64,000 nt of DNA from an uncultured Alphaproteobacteria bacterium (GTDB taxonomy: Bacteria; Pseudomonadota; Alphaproteobacteria; HIMB59; GCA-002718135). Where the stretch lies: contig CACGRD010000004.1 of the NCBI GenBank assembly GCA_902575375.1, positions 375 through 64,374 on the forward strand, read 5' to 3'. Shown piece by piece: positions 51,937 through 61,289 of this stretch (positions are counted from its first letter, which is position 1; each line of letters starts with the position of its first letter). Under the pieces are notes generated by a model that worked only from the letters and a program-made list of their open reading frames with translations, ran no database searches and had not been told where the DNA came from. Made by a program: the position numbers and the translations under genes.

Positions 51937-52803
51937 ATGCCATCAAAATTCATTGGATTGGCATTTATTTTAATTTCAATTTTTTTTGCCTCTTTAATGA
52001 TCATTTTAATTAAATTGTTATCTGAGGATATGAATATTTTTAGTATTTTATTCTACAGAGGTTTTTTTGGATTTGTTTTATCATTATTTTTTTTTATTAA
52101 AATTGACTTTAGAGAATTAAAAACAAAAAAAATTCATATTCATTTGATTCGATCAATAATTAATGCGCTTGCTTTATATTTTTGGTTTACATCCCTAACA
52201 TTATCTTCTCTGGCAGATGTTTCAGCAATAGGTAATTCAGCTCCAATCTTTGCTACTTTTTTAGCAACATTATTTATGAAAGAAAAAGTTGTACTTTTAA
52301 GAATTATTGCAATTTTTTTAGGTTTTATAGGAGTAATTATAATTTTAGATCCAAGCTTTAATGATATTGAAAAAGGTCACTACTATGCATTAATGTCTGC
52401 TATTTTGTGGGGTTTCCTCGTGATTTATCTAAAAAACTTAAGTAAAACTGAAAATTATTTCTCAGTTATTTTTTATTTTCAGTTATTTTTATTTATTTTT
52501 TTTGGCACAGTTTTTTTTAGTTACATAGTGATACCAAATACATTTAATTTTGTTTTAATATTACTTATGGCTTTATTTGGTAATATATCTCAAATTTCTT
52601 ATTTCCAAGCATTGAAATATAAAGATGTAAGTTTTATCTCTCCTTTCGAATATCTACGATTTATATTTATTACAATTTTTGGAATTCTATTTTTTAGTGA
52701 ATTTCCAGAAATCTCTACTTATATTGGCTCTTTAATTATTTTTGTAGGAATTTTAATTATTAATATTAATATAAAAAAAATTTCAAATAGTTTTAAATTA
52801 TGA
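51937..52803 (+). CDS. DMT/EamA family transporter
   Basis: 10 TM; ILFYRG, HLIRS, APIFATFLA...KEKV, PFEYL, FFSEFP. Confidence 0.88.
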   Translation: MPSKFIGLAFILISIFFASLMIILIKLLSEDMNIFSILFYRGFFGFVLSLFFFIKIDFRELKTKKIHIHLIRSIINALALYFWFTSLTLSSLADVSAIGNSAPIFATFLATLFMKEKVVLLRIIAIFLGFIGVIIILDPSFNDIEKGHYYALMSAILWGFLVIYLKNLSKTENYFSVIFYFQLFLFIFFGTVFFSYIVIPNTFNFVLILLMALFGNISQISYFQALKYKDVSFISPFEYLRFIFITIFGILFFSEFPEISTYIGSLIIFVGILIININIKKISNSFKL

Positions 52804-53801
52804 AATCAAAAATTAAATTTAATTTTAGAAAAAAAATATGGAGATTAAAAGAAGAGTTTAAAACTTCCAATAGAAGAAATGACACCAACCAAGTTGTAAC
52901 GATTGAAGCAATTATAAAAAAAGACAATATTATTGGTAGAGGAGAAAGTACTCCTTACTATCGATATGGAGAAGATATCAATAATTCTTTATATGAATTA
53001 TCAAAAATTAAGACATTTATTGAAAATGGAATTACAAGAAAAAAATTACAAGACTATATGAAACCTTCTAGTGCTAGATGTGCAATTGATTGTGCGCTTT
53101 GGGATATAGAAGCAAAAGAAAAAAATAAAAGAATCTGGGATATACTAAAAATAGAAAGAAAGCCTCAACCTCTAAAAACTCTAGAAAGTTATGGAATTAG
53201 GCCATTAAACATACTTAAAAAAAATATAATAGATGATAATTATCCTGAATTTATAAAAGTTAAAGCCAATAGAAATAATGTATTAGATATAGTCAAAACT
53301 GTAAACCATACCTCAAAAAACTCTAAATTAATAATCGACTTTAATGAAAGTTTGAAACCTAGTGACATAATACCGTTAAGTAAAAAATTAAAAAAAAATA
53401 ATGTAGTATTACTAGAACAACCATTACATGAAAAACAAGATGAAATTTTATCTACATTTAAACATGAAATTCCAATAGGAGCTGATGAGTCATGTCATAC
53501 AAGTGAGGATGTTCTTAAGATAAAAAACAAATACGACTTCATTATTATTAAACCGGGTAAATCAGGAGGTTTAACAGAAGCTTTGAAAGTAAATAAAATA
53601 GCAAAAAAACATAACCTAAAAACTATGATTGTGTGTATGTTTGGTTCTTCTCTTGCGGTGGCTCCTGCATATGTTTTGGCATTAGATGGAGCTACATATA
53701 ATAATATTGAAGTACCAAAAATAATGTTAGATGACAGAAAATTTAAAATTGAGTGTCACGATCAACTAATTTATGCTCCAGATAAGAAATTATGGGGTTA
53801 A
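52800..53801 (+). CDS. Enolase-superfamily dipeptide epimerase / N-acyl-amino-acid racemase (AEE/DgcA-like, divergent)
   Basis: GRGESTPY.RYGE, ARCAIDCALWD, KVK; metal ligands IDFNE, EQP, ADES; K..KSGGLTEA; CMFGSSLA.APA. Confidence 0.87.
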   Translation: MKSKIKFNFRKKIWRLKEEFKTSNRRNDTNQVVTIEAIIKKDNIIGRGESTPYYRYGEDINNSLYELSKIKTFIENGITRKKLQDYMKPSSARCAIDCALWDIEAKEKNKRIWDILKIERKPQPLKTLESYGIRPLNILKKNIIDDNYPEFIKVKANRNNVLDIVKTVNHTSKNSKLIIDFNESLKPSDIIPLSKKLKKNNVVLLEQPLHEKQDEILSTFKHEIPIGADESCHTSEDVLKIKNKYDFIIIKPGKSGGLTEALKVNKIAKKHNLKTMIVCMFGSSLAVAPAYVLALDGATYNNIEVPKIMLDDRKFKIECHDQLIYAPDKKLWG

Positions 53802-55018
53802 GAAAAAGAGTTTTTGATTATTTCTCCGTCCTTAATTATTAACATTAAATTTTTATCATTATCGTTAAAGACATTTATATCGTTTATGGGATTTTTTTTG
53901 AGAACAATTAAATCAGCAAATGCCTCTTTCTTTATTGTTCCAATTTTGTTTCTCATATTTAAAATTTCAGCATTAATTGAAGTTGCTGATCTTAATACAT
54001 CAATATTTTTTTGATAATAACTTCTTAAAACCAATTCGTTACTTTGTTTTTTTAAGTATTCTCTACCATGAAGATCAGACCCCAAACCTAATTTAACGCC
54101 AGCTTTAAAACAATTCTGAATAGCTTTTGATCTAAGTTTATTTACTTTTTTTACTTTCTGTAAAGAAGCAGAGGACAAGCCTAATCTTTTAGAATTTTTT
54201 TCAATCAGATGTCCTGCTGATAAAGTTGGTACAACATAACTACTTGTTTTAGCAATCTGTTTAGCTGTCTCAAAAGTTATTAGACTACCATGTTCAATTG
54301 ATCTTATACCAAGTTTTAAACACCTTTTTGCTCCTTCATCGGTATGACAATGTGCCATTACATAGCTATCTCTTCTATTTGCCTCTTCAACACAAATTTT
54401 TATTTCTTTATCACTAAAGTGATTCATATTAATAGGAGCTAAATTTGTTGATACTCCGCCTGTTATAATTAATTTGATATGAGTTGCTCCTTTTCTAAAT
54501 TCTTCTCTGACTACTTTTCGCATTTTATCAGGACTATCGACAACTTGAGTAATATTTCCATCATATTCACAAACACAATTATCTATAAAATTATTCTTTC
54601 GCATATCACCATGTCCACCAGTTTGTGTAATAGCTTTTCCAGGATAGAAAAATCTTGGTCCCTGAAATAACCTTTCATCTAAAGCCATCTTTATTCCAAT
54701 GTCTCCTCCTCCTGCATCTCTTACAGTCGTAAAACCTCTAAAAAGAGTATCATTCAAAATATTATGAGCATGAAACGCAATATAATTTTTTGGATATTTA
54801 TCTGAAGAGTAGAAATCGTAATTTGGTGTGTTTGCATGAAAATGTGCATCAATTAACCCAGGCATTACAAAATAATTTTTAAGATTAATTTTATTTGTAT
54901 CTTTTGATGATTTTAAATTAACGCCTATATTTTTAATTTTGTTATTCTTAATAAGTATAGAATTTTGATTTATTATTTTTTCACCATCAAAAATTTTTGC
55001 GTTTTGTAAAAGAATCAT
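53798..55018 (-). CDS. Amidohydrolase-superfamily metallo-dipeptidase/carboxypeptidase (COG1228, prolidase-like)
   Basis: PGLIDAHFH, GFTTVRDAGG, QTGGHGD, IKL..TGGV, MAHCH, SIEHG, GSD; probable ATG at 55018. Confidence 0.87.
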   Translation of the reverse strand: MILLQNAKIFDGEKIINQNSILIKNNKIKNIGVNLKSSKDTNKINLKNYFVMPGLIDAHFHANTPNYDFYSSDKYPKNYIAFHAHNILNDTLFRGFTTVRDAGGGDIGIKMALDERLFQGPRFFYPGKAITQTGGHGDMRKNNFIDNCVCEYDGNITQVVDSPDKMRKVVREEFRKGATHIKLIITGGVSTNLAPINMNHFSDKEIKICVEEANRRDSYVMAHCHTDEGAKRCLKLGIRSIEHGSLITFETAKQIAKTSSYVVPTLSAGHLIEKNSKRLGLSSASLQKVKKVNKLRSKAIQNCFKAGVKLGLGSDLHGREYLKKQSNELVLRSYYQKNIDVLRSATSINAEILNMRNKIGTIKKEAFADLIVLKKNPINDINVFNDNDKNLMLIIKDGEIIKNSFS

Positions 55019-55019
55019 A

Positions 55020-56201
55020 TCATTGAGTTGCAATTGAAATTGCTAATTCACATGAATCTTCATACTCTTTAATATCTAGGTATTCATCTAAACTGTGAGG
55101 ATTGTAATGACCATTTCCAAAAGTTATAGTTGGAATACCATTTCTAATCAGCCAATTTGCATCAAGACCACCGTTTACAGCTACAGTTTTCGAATTTATA
55201 CCGATTTTATTTGCTGATTCTTTTGCGATTTTAATTACTTCTAAATTATCATCCAGTTTAAAAGGAAAGTAATCTAAGCTTTTTTTAAATTTAATTTGAG
55301 CTTTTTCATTTTGCGAGTTTTTGACTATTTCAGATGCTGCAATAAAATTGTTTTCATATTGGTTTGTGATTTCACTAATAAAATCTTGATCCATGCTCCT
55401 AGACTCACCGTTAATCTTCACATAATCAGTAACTTGATTAGTTGAAGAACCAGCGCAATTTCCATCATGATCACCATAATAACCAATATTAGAAGTTCCT
55501 TTTAATCCATTTTTTTCTACTAATCCAAACCATCCATCTTCATACGTTTTACTAAGAGCAATAGAAGCAATTATTGAAGATGAAATACCTTTATCAGGTG
55601 CGACACCTGCATGTGATCCTTTCCCGATAATTTCTACTGACCATCTTTCAGCTCCAACTGCAGATGTGATAATTTCATATGGTGATGATCCATCAGTATT
55701 GAAGCCAATTTCAGGTGATCCAAGATCTTTTTTATCGACATTTCTAGCGCCCCAAAGCCCACTTTCTTCTCTAACAGTAAATAAGCATGTTAAGGGTGTA
55801 TACTCTACATTATTCTGAAACAAAAATTTTAAAAGATTAACTAAACAAGAAACACCACCTCTATTATCAGCTCCTAAAGCCGTATCATTTTTAGCAATAA
55901 TTTTTCCATTATTAATTATTGGTTCAGCTCCCTTACATAAAGATACTGTATCAAGATGTGTTGAAAAAAGTTTCCTCTTACCTGGCTTAGTGCCGGGAAG
56001 TTTTACAATTAAATTTCCTGTCTCAGTAAATAAAGGAATTTTTTTATTAGCCTCATCAAAAAAAATATATTCTTCAGGCACTCCATATTTAATTAATTTA
56101 TCTTTCACGCTTAAAGCGATATTTTTTTCATATCCAGTAACACCTTCAATAGATAGAAATTCTATAACGTTTTTTATGTTTTCACTTAGATTACTGGTCA
56201 T
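55020..56201 (-). CDS. M20 peptidase (peptidase T-like)
   Basis: THLDTV, LGADNRGG, FTVREESG, GKGSHAG.APDKG, GGLDAN, PHSLDE. Confidence 0.87.
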   Translation of the reverse strand: MTSNLSENIKNVIEFLSIEGVTGYEKNIALSVKDKLIKYGVPEEYIFFDEANKKIPLFTETGNLIVKLPGTKPGKRKLFSTHLDTVSLCKGAEPIINNGKIIAKNDTALGADNRGGVSCLVNLLKFLFQNNVEYTPLTCLFTVREESGLWGARNVDKKDLGSPEIGFNTDGSSPYEIITSAVGAERWSVEIIGKGSHAGVAPDKGISSSIIASIALSKTYEDGWFGLVEKNGLKGTSNIGYYGDHDGNCAGSSTNQVTDYVKINGESRSMDQDFISEITNQYENNFIAASEIVKNSQNEKAQIKFKKSLDYFPFKLDDNLEVIKIAKESANKIGINSKTVAVNGGLDANWLIRNGIPTITFGNGHYNPHSLDEYLDIKEYEDSCELAISIATQ

Positions 56202-56224
56202 AAATAAAAAATATCACAATTATA

Positions 56225-56830
56225 CTAATTATCGAATAAAATATAAATTGCAGTTAATACTAGCAATATTGCCAATGATATTTCAATTATTTTTTTTAAA
56301 TTTTCATTTTTTAAGTAGTTTCTAATAATACTACCGCCGATAGCCCAAATACTAATTGATGGTAGATTTATAATTGTTGACATAAAAACCATAAATAAAG
56401 TTCCAACTAAAATATTTTCTTGTTCAGGATAGAAAGATGAAACAGCTGTTGTACAAATAACCCATGCTTTAGGATTAACAAATTGAAAAATAATTGCCTC
56501 AAAATACGTAAGTGGTTTAGCTGACTCAGTCGAGTTTTTTATATTTAGCGATCCAAACATTTTATAAGATAAATACAATATATACACAGCACCAATATAT
56601 CTTAATACATCTAGTATTATTGGAAACTTTACAAACAAAGCGCCTAAACCTAGACACACAAGACATAATTGCAAACCATGGCCGGAAGGAATACCAAACA
56701 AGTTAGGTATAGTTTTAAAAAAACCAAACTTTATTCCTGAAGTGGTTAAGATTGTATTGTTAGGACCGGGTGTAACGTACATTACAAAATTATATACGCT
56801 TACAGCTAAAATTAGTTCCCAAGTTATCAC
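56225..56830 (-). CDS. LysE/RhtB family amino-acid exporter
   Basis: TPGPNN, G..FGF..T.P, GAVYILYL, FQFVNPKAW. Confidence 0.9.
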   Translation of the reverse strand: MITWELILAVSVYNFVMYVTPGPNNTILTTSGIKFGFFKTIPNLFGIPSGHGLQLCLVCLGLGALFVKFPIILDVLRYIGAVYILYLSYKMFGSLNIKNSTESAKPLTYFEAIIFQFVNPKAWVICTTAVSSFYPEQENILVGTLFMVFMSTIINLPSISIWAIGGSIIRNYLKNENLKKIIEISLAILLVLTAIYILFDN

Positions 56831-56835
56831 AATTT

Positions 56836-57321
56836 TTAATCTCTAAAATTAATAAATTGTATAGGTATTCCAATATTTGAACTTTCAATTAATTGAATAA
56901 CTGATTGTAAATCATCTTTTTTCTTTCCATCGACGCGTAGCTCATTACCATTAATTTTGACCTGAACTTTGATCTTTGAGCTTTTCACATCAGCTATTAG
57001 TTTCTTGCATATGGATTGATCAATACCTTCAATCAAATCGTAAATTTGCTTTATTTTATTTCCACCAGCTTTTTCTAATTCCTTTTTCGTTAAGCAAAGA
57101 GGATCAACTTTTCTTCTAACAAAATGCGTAACTAGCATATCATTAACCTGGCCTGCCTTCATTTCATCATCTGTTAATACTACTATTGAATTCTCTTTTT
57201 TTTCTATTGATGTATTGGATCCTTTAAAATCATAACGTGTAGTTATTTCTCTTGTAGCGTTACCAATCGCATTATCAATCTCTTGATGATCTAATCTACT
57301 TACAACATCAAAACTAGGCAT
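56836..57321 (-). CDS. yajQ: YajQ family nucleotide/c-di-GMP-binding protein
   Basis: MPSFDVVS, EIDNA, RYDFKG, RVDGKKKDDLQ, QFINFRD. Confidence 0.95.
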   Translation of the reverse strand: MPSFDVVSRLDHQEIDNAIGNATREITTRYDFKGSNTSIEKKENSIVVLTDDEMKAGQVNDMLVTHFVRRKVDPLCLTKKELEKAGGNKIKQIYDLIEGIDQSICKKLIADVKSSKIKVQVKINGNELRVDGKKKDDLQSVIQLIESSNIGIPIQFINFRD

Positions 57322-57327
57322 GGTAAT

Positions 57328-58290
57328 TTATCCTATGACATCGTCATCAGAGTCTGGCAACTGTTTTTTGGTACTTAATCTTCCAAGCTTTTTCATTTTT
57401 TCAACTTTTTTAGTCAAACTGCCTGATCCTTCTTGTAATCTTTGTCGCGCTTCATCCATTTTTGTTTTAGCTAAATCTAAAGACTGATTTGCTTTAATGA
57501 ATGATTCATAAACACTTACAGTTTTGTCATAAATATCAGAGGCTGCCGACGCAATATTCTTTATTGTTTTAGACTGCTTATCAACTCTCCACATATTTTC
57601 TACAGCCTTTAAGAGAAATGGAAGTGTTGATGGACCAACTATAATAATTTTTTTATTCCAAGATTCTTCAATTAATTTATTGGCTTCATTATAAAGTGTT
57701 AACAAAGCCGGTTCGATAGGTATAAACATTAGCACATTATCAATAGTATTTATTCCATATACTTTTGAGTAGTTATCTTGACTTAAATTACGAATAGAAG
57801 ATTTTGTTGCATCAAGAAATTTTTTTAAAAAAATTTTTTTTCTCTCTTCATCATTTGTATTTGAGTAATCGTGCCAAGATTCTAAAGAGACCTTTGAGTC
57901 GATAATAATATGGCGATTACCAGGCATATGCACGACAACATCTGGTTTTTGTAAATTACCATCTTTATTTCTAAAAGTTTTTTGCGTTGAATATTCTTCA
58001 CCTTCTCTCAAACCAACACTATCCAAAATATTTTTTAATACAAATTCACCCCAAGGCCCTTGTTGAAGTGCTCCACCTCTTATTAATGTATTTTCAATTC
58101 TATCTTGTGCAAGATTAAAATTTTGAAGAGACTGTTGAATAGATTGCATATGATTTTTTAAGGAAATGAGATCTGTATTTTCCTTAATGTCAGTTTTGTC
58201 TTTACGTAAAAAAATTATTAAAGATAGAAAGCCTATACCAACAAAGAAACCAATTATAAAAATAAAGTAAAAATTCTCAAACATAATCAA
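57328..58290 (-). CDS. rmuC: DNA recombination protein RmuC (short form)
   Basis: N-terminal TM; QGPWGE..L..IL..GL, PDVVVHMP, IIDSKVSL, LMFIPIE, GPSTL. Confidence 0.9.
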   Translation of the reverse strand: MIMFENFYFIFIIGFFVGIGFLSLIIFLRKDKTDIKENTDLISLKNHMQSIQQSLQNFNLAQDRIENTLIRGGALQQGPWGEFVLKNILDSVGLREGEEYSTQKTFRNKDGNLQKPDVVVHMPGNRHIIIDSKVSLESWHDYSNTNDEERKKIFLKKFLDATKSSIRNLSQDNYSKVYGINTIDNVLMFIPIEPALLTLYNEANKLIEESWNKKIIIVGPSTLPFLLKAVENMWRVDKQSKTIKNIASAASDIYDKTVSVYESFIKANQSLDLAKTKMDEARQRLQEGSGSLTKKVEKMKKLGRLSTKKQLPDSDDDVIG

Positions 58291-58709
58291 TAAATTAGAA
58301 AATAAAAATATATAAATAAGTACCTAGCAACTTTCCCAATAGATACAAATATTAAAAAAAATAAAACGTTGTATCTAAAAGTACCTGCAGCAAATGCAAT
58401 AGGATCACCAATAAATGGAACCCAAGACAATAATAATGACCATTTTCCATATTTTTTAAAAATACTAGTAGCTTTTTGAAGTAAATATTTATTAACTGGA
58501 AACCAGGATTTATTCATAAAATAATTTATAAAGTAACCAAATATCCAACTAATTAAAGATCCTAAAATATTACCTAATGAAGCAAAGATTAATAATATAA
58601 AATTATTGTATTTTTCAGATAAAAATAATGTTGATAAATATGTTTCTGAAGCAAATGGAAAAAAAGTACCTAAACTAAGACAAAAAATGAATAACGACAG
58701 GTATATCAA
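58287..58709 (-). CDS. YqaA/DedA family membrane protein
   Basis: PFASE, ASLGNILGS, YGKWSLLLSWVPFIGDP, GKVARY. Confidence 0.88.
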   Translation of the reverse strand: MIYLSLFIFCLSLGTFFPFASETYLSTLFLSEKYNNFILLIFASLGNILGSLISWIFGYFINYFMNKSWFPVNKYLLQKATSIFKKYGKWSLLLSWVPFIGDPIAFAAGTFRYNVLFFLIFVSIGKVARYLFIYFYFLIY

Positions 58710-58758
58710 AGTAATTATTAATTCTTATTAATGTTAATATTATGATATCTATCAGTTT

Positions 58759-59910
58759 ATGATGAGTTTTCCAAAAGAAGAATATCTCAAGAGATTAGAT
58801 AATATTCATAAAAAATTAGAAAATGAAAATATAGATGCAATTGTTATTACTTCTCCTGCAAATTTTAGATACTTTTCCGGATTAGATAGTAACTTTTGGG
58901 AAAGCCCTACAAGACCTTGGTTTTTAATAATTTCAAAAAATGGGAAAATCAAAGCCTTAGTCCCATCTATAGGTTTATCGGCAATTGAAAGTACGTTTAT
59001 TAAAGATATAGAAGTATGGCAATCACCTAATCCAAAAGATGAAGGTACGTCATTATTAAAGAAAATCATTAAAACATTTCCAAAAAATTCAAATATTGGT
59101 TTTGAATTAGGTATGGAAACATACTTAAGAATGAGTATTGAAGAATTTTTAAAAATTAAAAAAGATTTACAAGAATATAATTTTATTGATTCTACTAATA
59201 TTGTTTGGAGTCTTAGAAAAATTAAATCTGATCTCGAAATCAAAAATATTGAAAAAGTTTGTTCTATTACAAGTAAAGTTTTCAATAATTTAATTAACAC
59301 AATAAGTTTAGGTATGAGTGAAAGAGAAATTGCAAAAATATTTAAAAAAGATCTTATTAATAATGGGGTTGATTACATAATGTATCTTTCATGTGCATCA
59401 GGAATAAATGGTTATAATCAAATAATTTGTAATCCAAGTGAAAAAAAAATAGGTGACGGTGATATTCTAATTATTGATACTGGTTCTACCTTAAATGGAT
59501 ATTACTGTGATTTTGATAGAAATTTTGGATTTGGAAATATCAATCAAAAATCTTTAGATGCCTATGACAAATTATGGAATGCTACAGAAAAAACTTTAGA
59601 AATAATTAAGCCAGGTATCAGCTGTAAAGAAGTTTATGAATCACTAAGTAAAAATTTGTTTTCAAGTAATGTTAAAAGTAGTGTTGGAAGAATGGGGCAT
59701 GGTTTTGGTCTTCAACTTACAGAACCGCCAAGTATTATGATTGGTGATAATACAATTTTAGAAAAAAATATGATCTTAGCCTTAGAGCCTTCAATCGAAA
59801 TTGAAAATGATTTGATGTTGGTTCATGAAGAAAATATTTTAATTACTCAAAATGGTAATAGATTATTGAGCTCAAGAACTCCTAAAGAATTGCCTGTAAT
59901 TAATGTTTAA
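58759..59910 (+). CDS. M24 Xaa-Pro peptidase family protein (creatinase N-domain + M24)
   Basis: NFRYFSG, LRKIKS..EI; metal ligands IDTG, CDFDRN, GHG.G, LEP, HEE. Confidence 0.88.
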   Translation: MMSFPKEEYLKRLDNIHKKLENENIDAIVITSPANFRYFSGLDSNFWESPTRPWFLIISKNGKIKALVPSIGLSAIESTFIKDIEVWQSPNPKDEGTSLLKKIIKTFPKNSNIGFELGMETYLRMSIEEFLKIKKDLQEYNFIDSTNIVWSLRKIKSDLEIKNIEKVCSITSKVFNNLINTISLGMSEREIAKIFKKDLINNGVDYIMYLSCASGINGYNQIICNPSEKKIGDGDILIIDTGSTLNGYYCDFDRNFGFGNINQKSLDAYDKLWNATEKTLEIIKPGISCKEVYESLSKNLFSSNVKSSVGRMGHGFGLQLTEPPSIMIGDNTILEKNMILALEPSIEIENDLMLVHEENILITQNGNRLLSSRTPKELPVINV

Positions 59911-59933
59911 TTATTATTTTAACTTAAAAGTTA

Positions 59934-61289
59934 TTAGTATTTGGAAAAATTTTCCATTATTGCAGCAGCATATTTTATACCTTTTATATAGTTTTCAACT
60001 TTAATATTTTCGTCTGGCGCATGAAGATTTGCACCGGGATTAGCAAAACCGGTTAATACACATGGCATCCAAACATGTTTCAATATAGTTCCTTCTGCTG
60101 AAACACCATTTACAACAGGTTTTTCACCAAATACTTCCTCTGCAGCTTTAATGATAGCTTGAGATATATCTTCTTTAACAGAAATTTTGTAAGGAGGCTC
60201 TGCTGCATCGAAAGCTTTTACCTCAAGATGACCAAACCCATGTTCAATCAAATGATTTTTTAGTTTTTTTATACATTTTTGTGGATTCATATTTGGAAGT
60301 AAACGAAAATCTATTCGAACTTTCGCTTCGCTTGGTACGATTGTTTTGTGTCCAGGACCTGTGTATCCTGAAATCATTCCTTGAATATTTGCAGTTGGCT
60401 CATATGTTCTGGCTTTAATAGCCTCAACTCCATCTCTATTTAAAACAAAATTCTCAATACCAAATTCTGATTTTAATGCTGATAAATCTACCCTTTCATT
60501 TTTTTCATTTAGTAAATTTATTTCTTCCTCTCCTAATTCGTATAATCCTTCGTACCAATCCTTAATTAATATTTTTCTATCTCTTGTCATAATAGTTGAT
60601 AAGGCATGAACTAATTCCCATGGAGGACTAGGTACAAGTGGAAAATTAAGAGAGTGAATATCTTTTTTTCCTCCTCTTGCGATTAATTCCACAAATAAAA
60701 CTGATTTTAAACCAAGCTCTACCTCCGGCACTTTAGCAAATTCATCAACTGTTCCATCTAGGCAGTGCATTCCATCAGCCTCTAACAGTTTTTTATTTTT
60801 TTCAACCCACGGACCAAGATGAACGGAACCTATCTCTTCTTCACCTTCATAGAAAAATTTTAAATTTAAAGGAACTTCACCTCTTACTTTTAAAAATGCT
60901 TTTGCTGCTTTATTAAAAGCTAATAAACCACCTTTGTTATCTGTAGCACCTCTTCCATAAATTACATTATCAACTAAGGCGCCAGACCATGGACCTCCGT
61001 GTGACCACGCTTCAATAGGTTCTGGTGGCTGAACATCATAATGAGAATAACAAAACATTGTTTTTTTTGAATTTGAAGATTTTAAATGTCCAAAGACTAA
61101 AGGAGGACCATCTGGTATCTCATGTAATTCAGCGGGTAAGCCATCCTTGTGCATTTTCTCAACAACATAATTTGCACATTCTTCTAAACCTAATTTTTGA
61201 GCAGATACTGAAGGCTTTCTTATAAATTCTTGCAAATCTTTTATATATTCGTCAACATTATCATCTATATATTTATATATATCTTTCAT
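59934..61289 (-). CDS. M20 dipeptidase (CNDP/Dug1-like)
   Basis: SHYDVQP, YGRGATDNKG, EGEEEIGS, DIHS, GYTGPG.KTIVP, DFRL.P, HAPDE. Confidence 0.9.
   Translation of the reverse strand: MKDIYKYIDDNVDEYIKDLQEFIRKPSVSAQKLGLEECANYVVEKMHKDGLPAELHEIPDGPPLVFGHLKSSNSKKTMFCYSHYDVQPPEPIEAWSHGGPWSGALVDNVIYGRGATDNKGGLLAFNKAAKAFLKVRGEVPLNLKFFYEGEEEIGSVHLGPWVEKNKKLLEADGMHCLDGTVDEFAKVPEVELGLKSVLFVELIARGGKKDIHSLNFPLVPSPPWELVHALSTIMTRDRKILIKDWYEGLYELGEEEINLLNEKNERVDLSALKSEFGIENFVLNRDGVEAIKARTYEPTANIQGMISGYTGPGHKTIVPSEAKVRIDFRLLPNMNPQKCIKKLKNHLIEHGFGHLEVKAFDAAEPPYKISVKEDISQAIIKAAEEVFGEKPVVNGVSAEGTILKHVWMPCVLTGFANPGANLHAPDENIKVENYIKGIKYAAAIMENFSKY

Noticed and set aside
58759..59910. Possible DMSP lyase DddP or ectoine hydrolase DoeA
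   Set aside because: The M24 fold is shared, but I see no diagnostic features or pathway neighbours; left as a generic M24 peptidase
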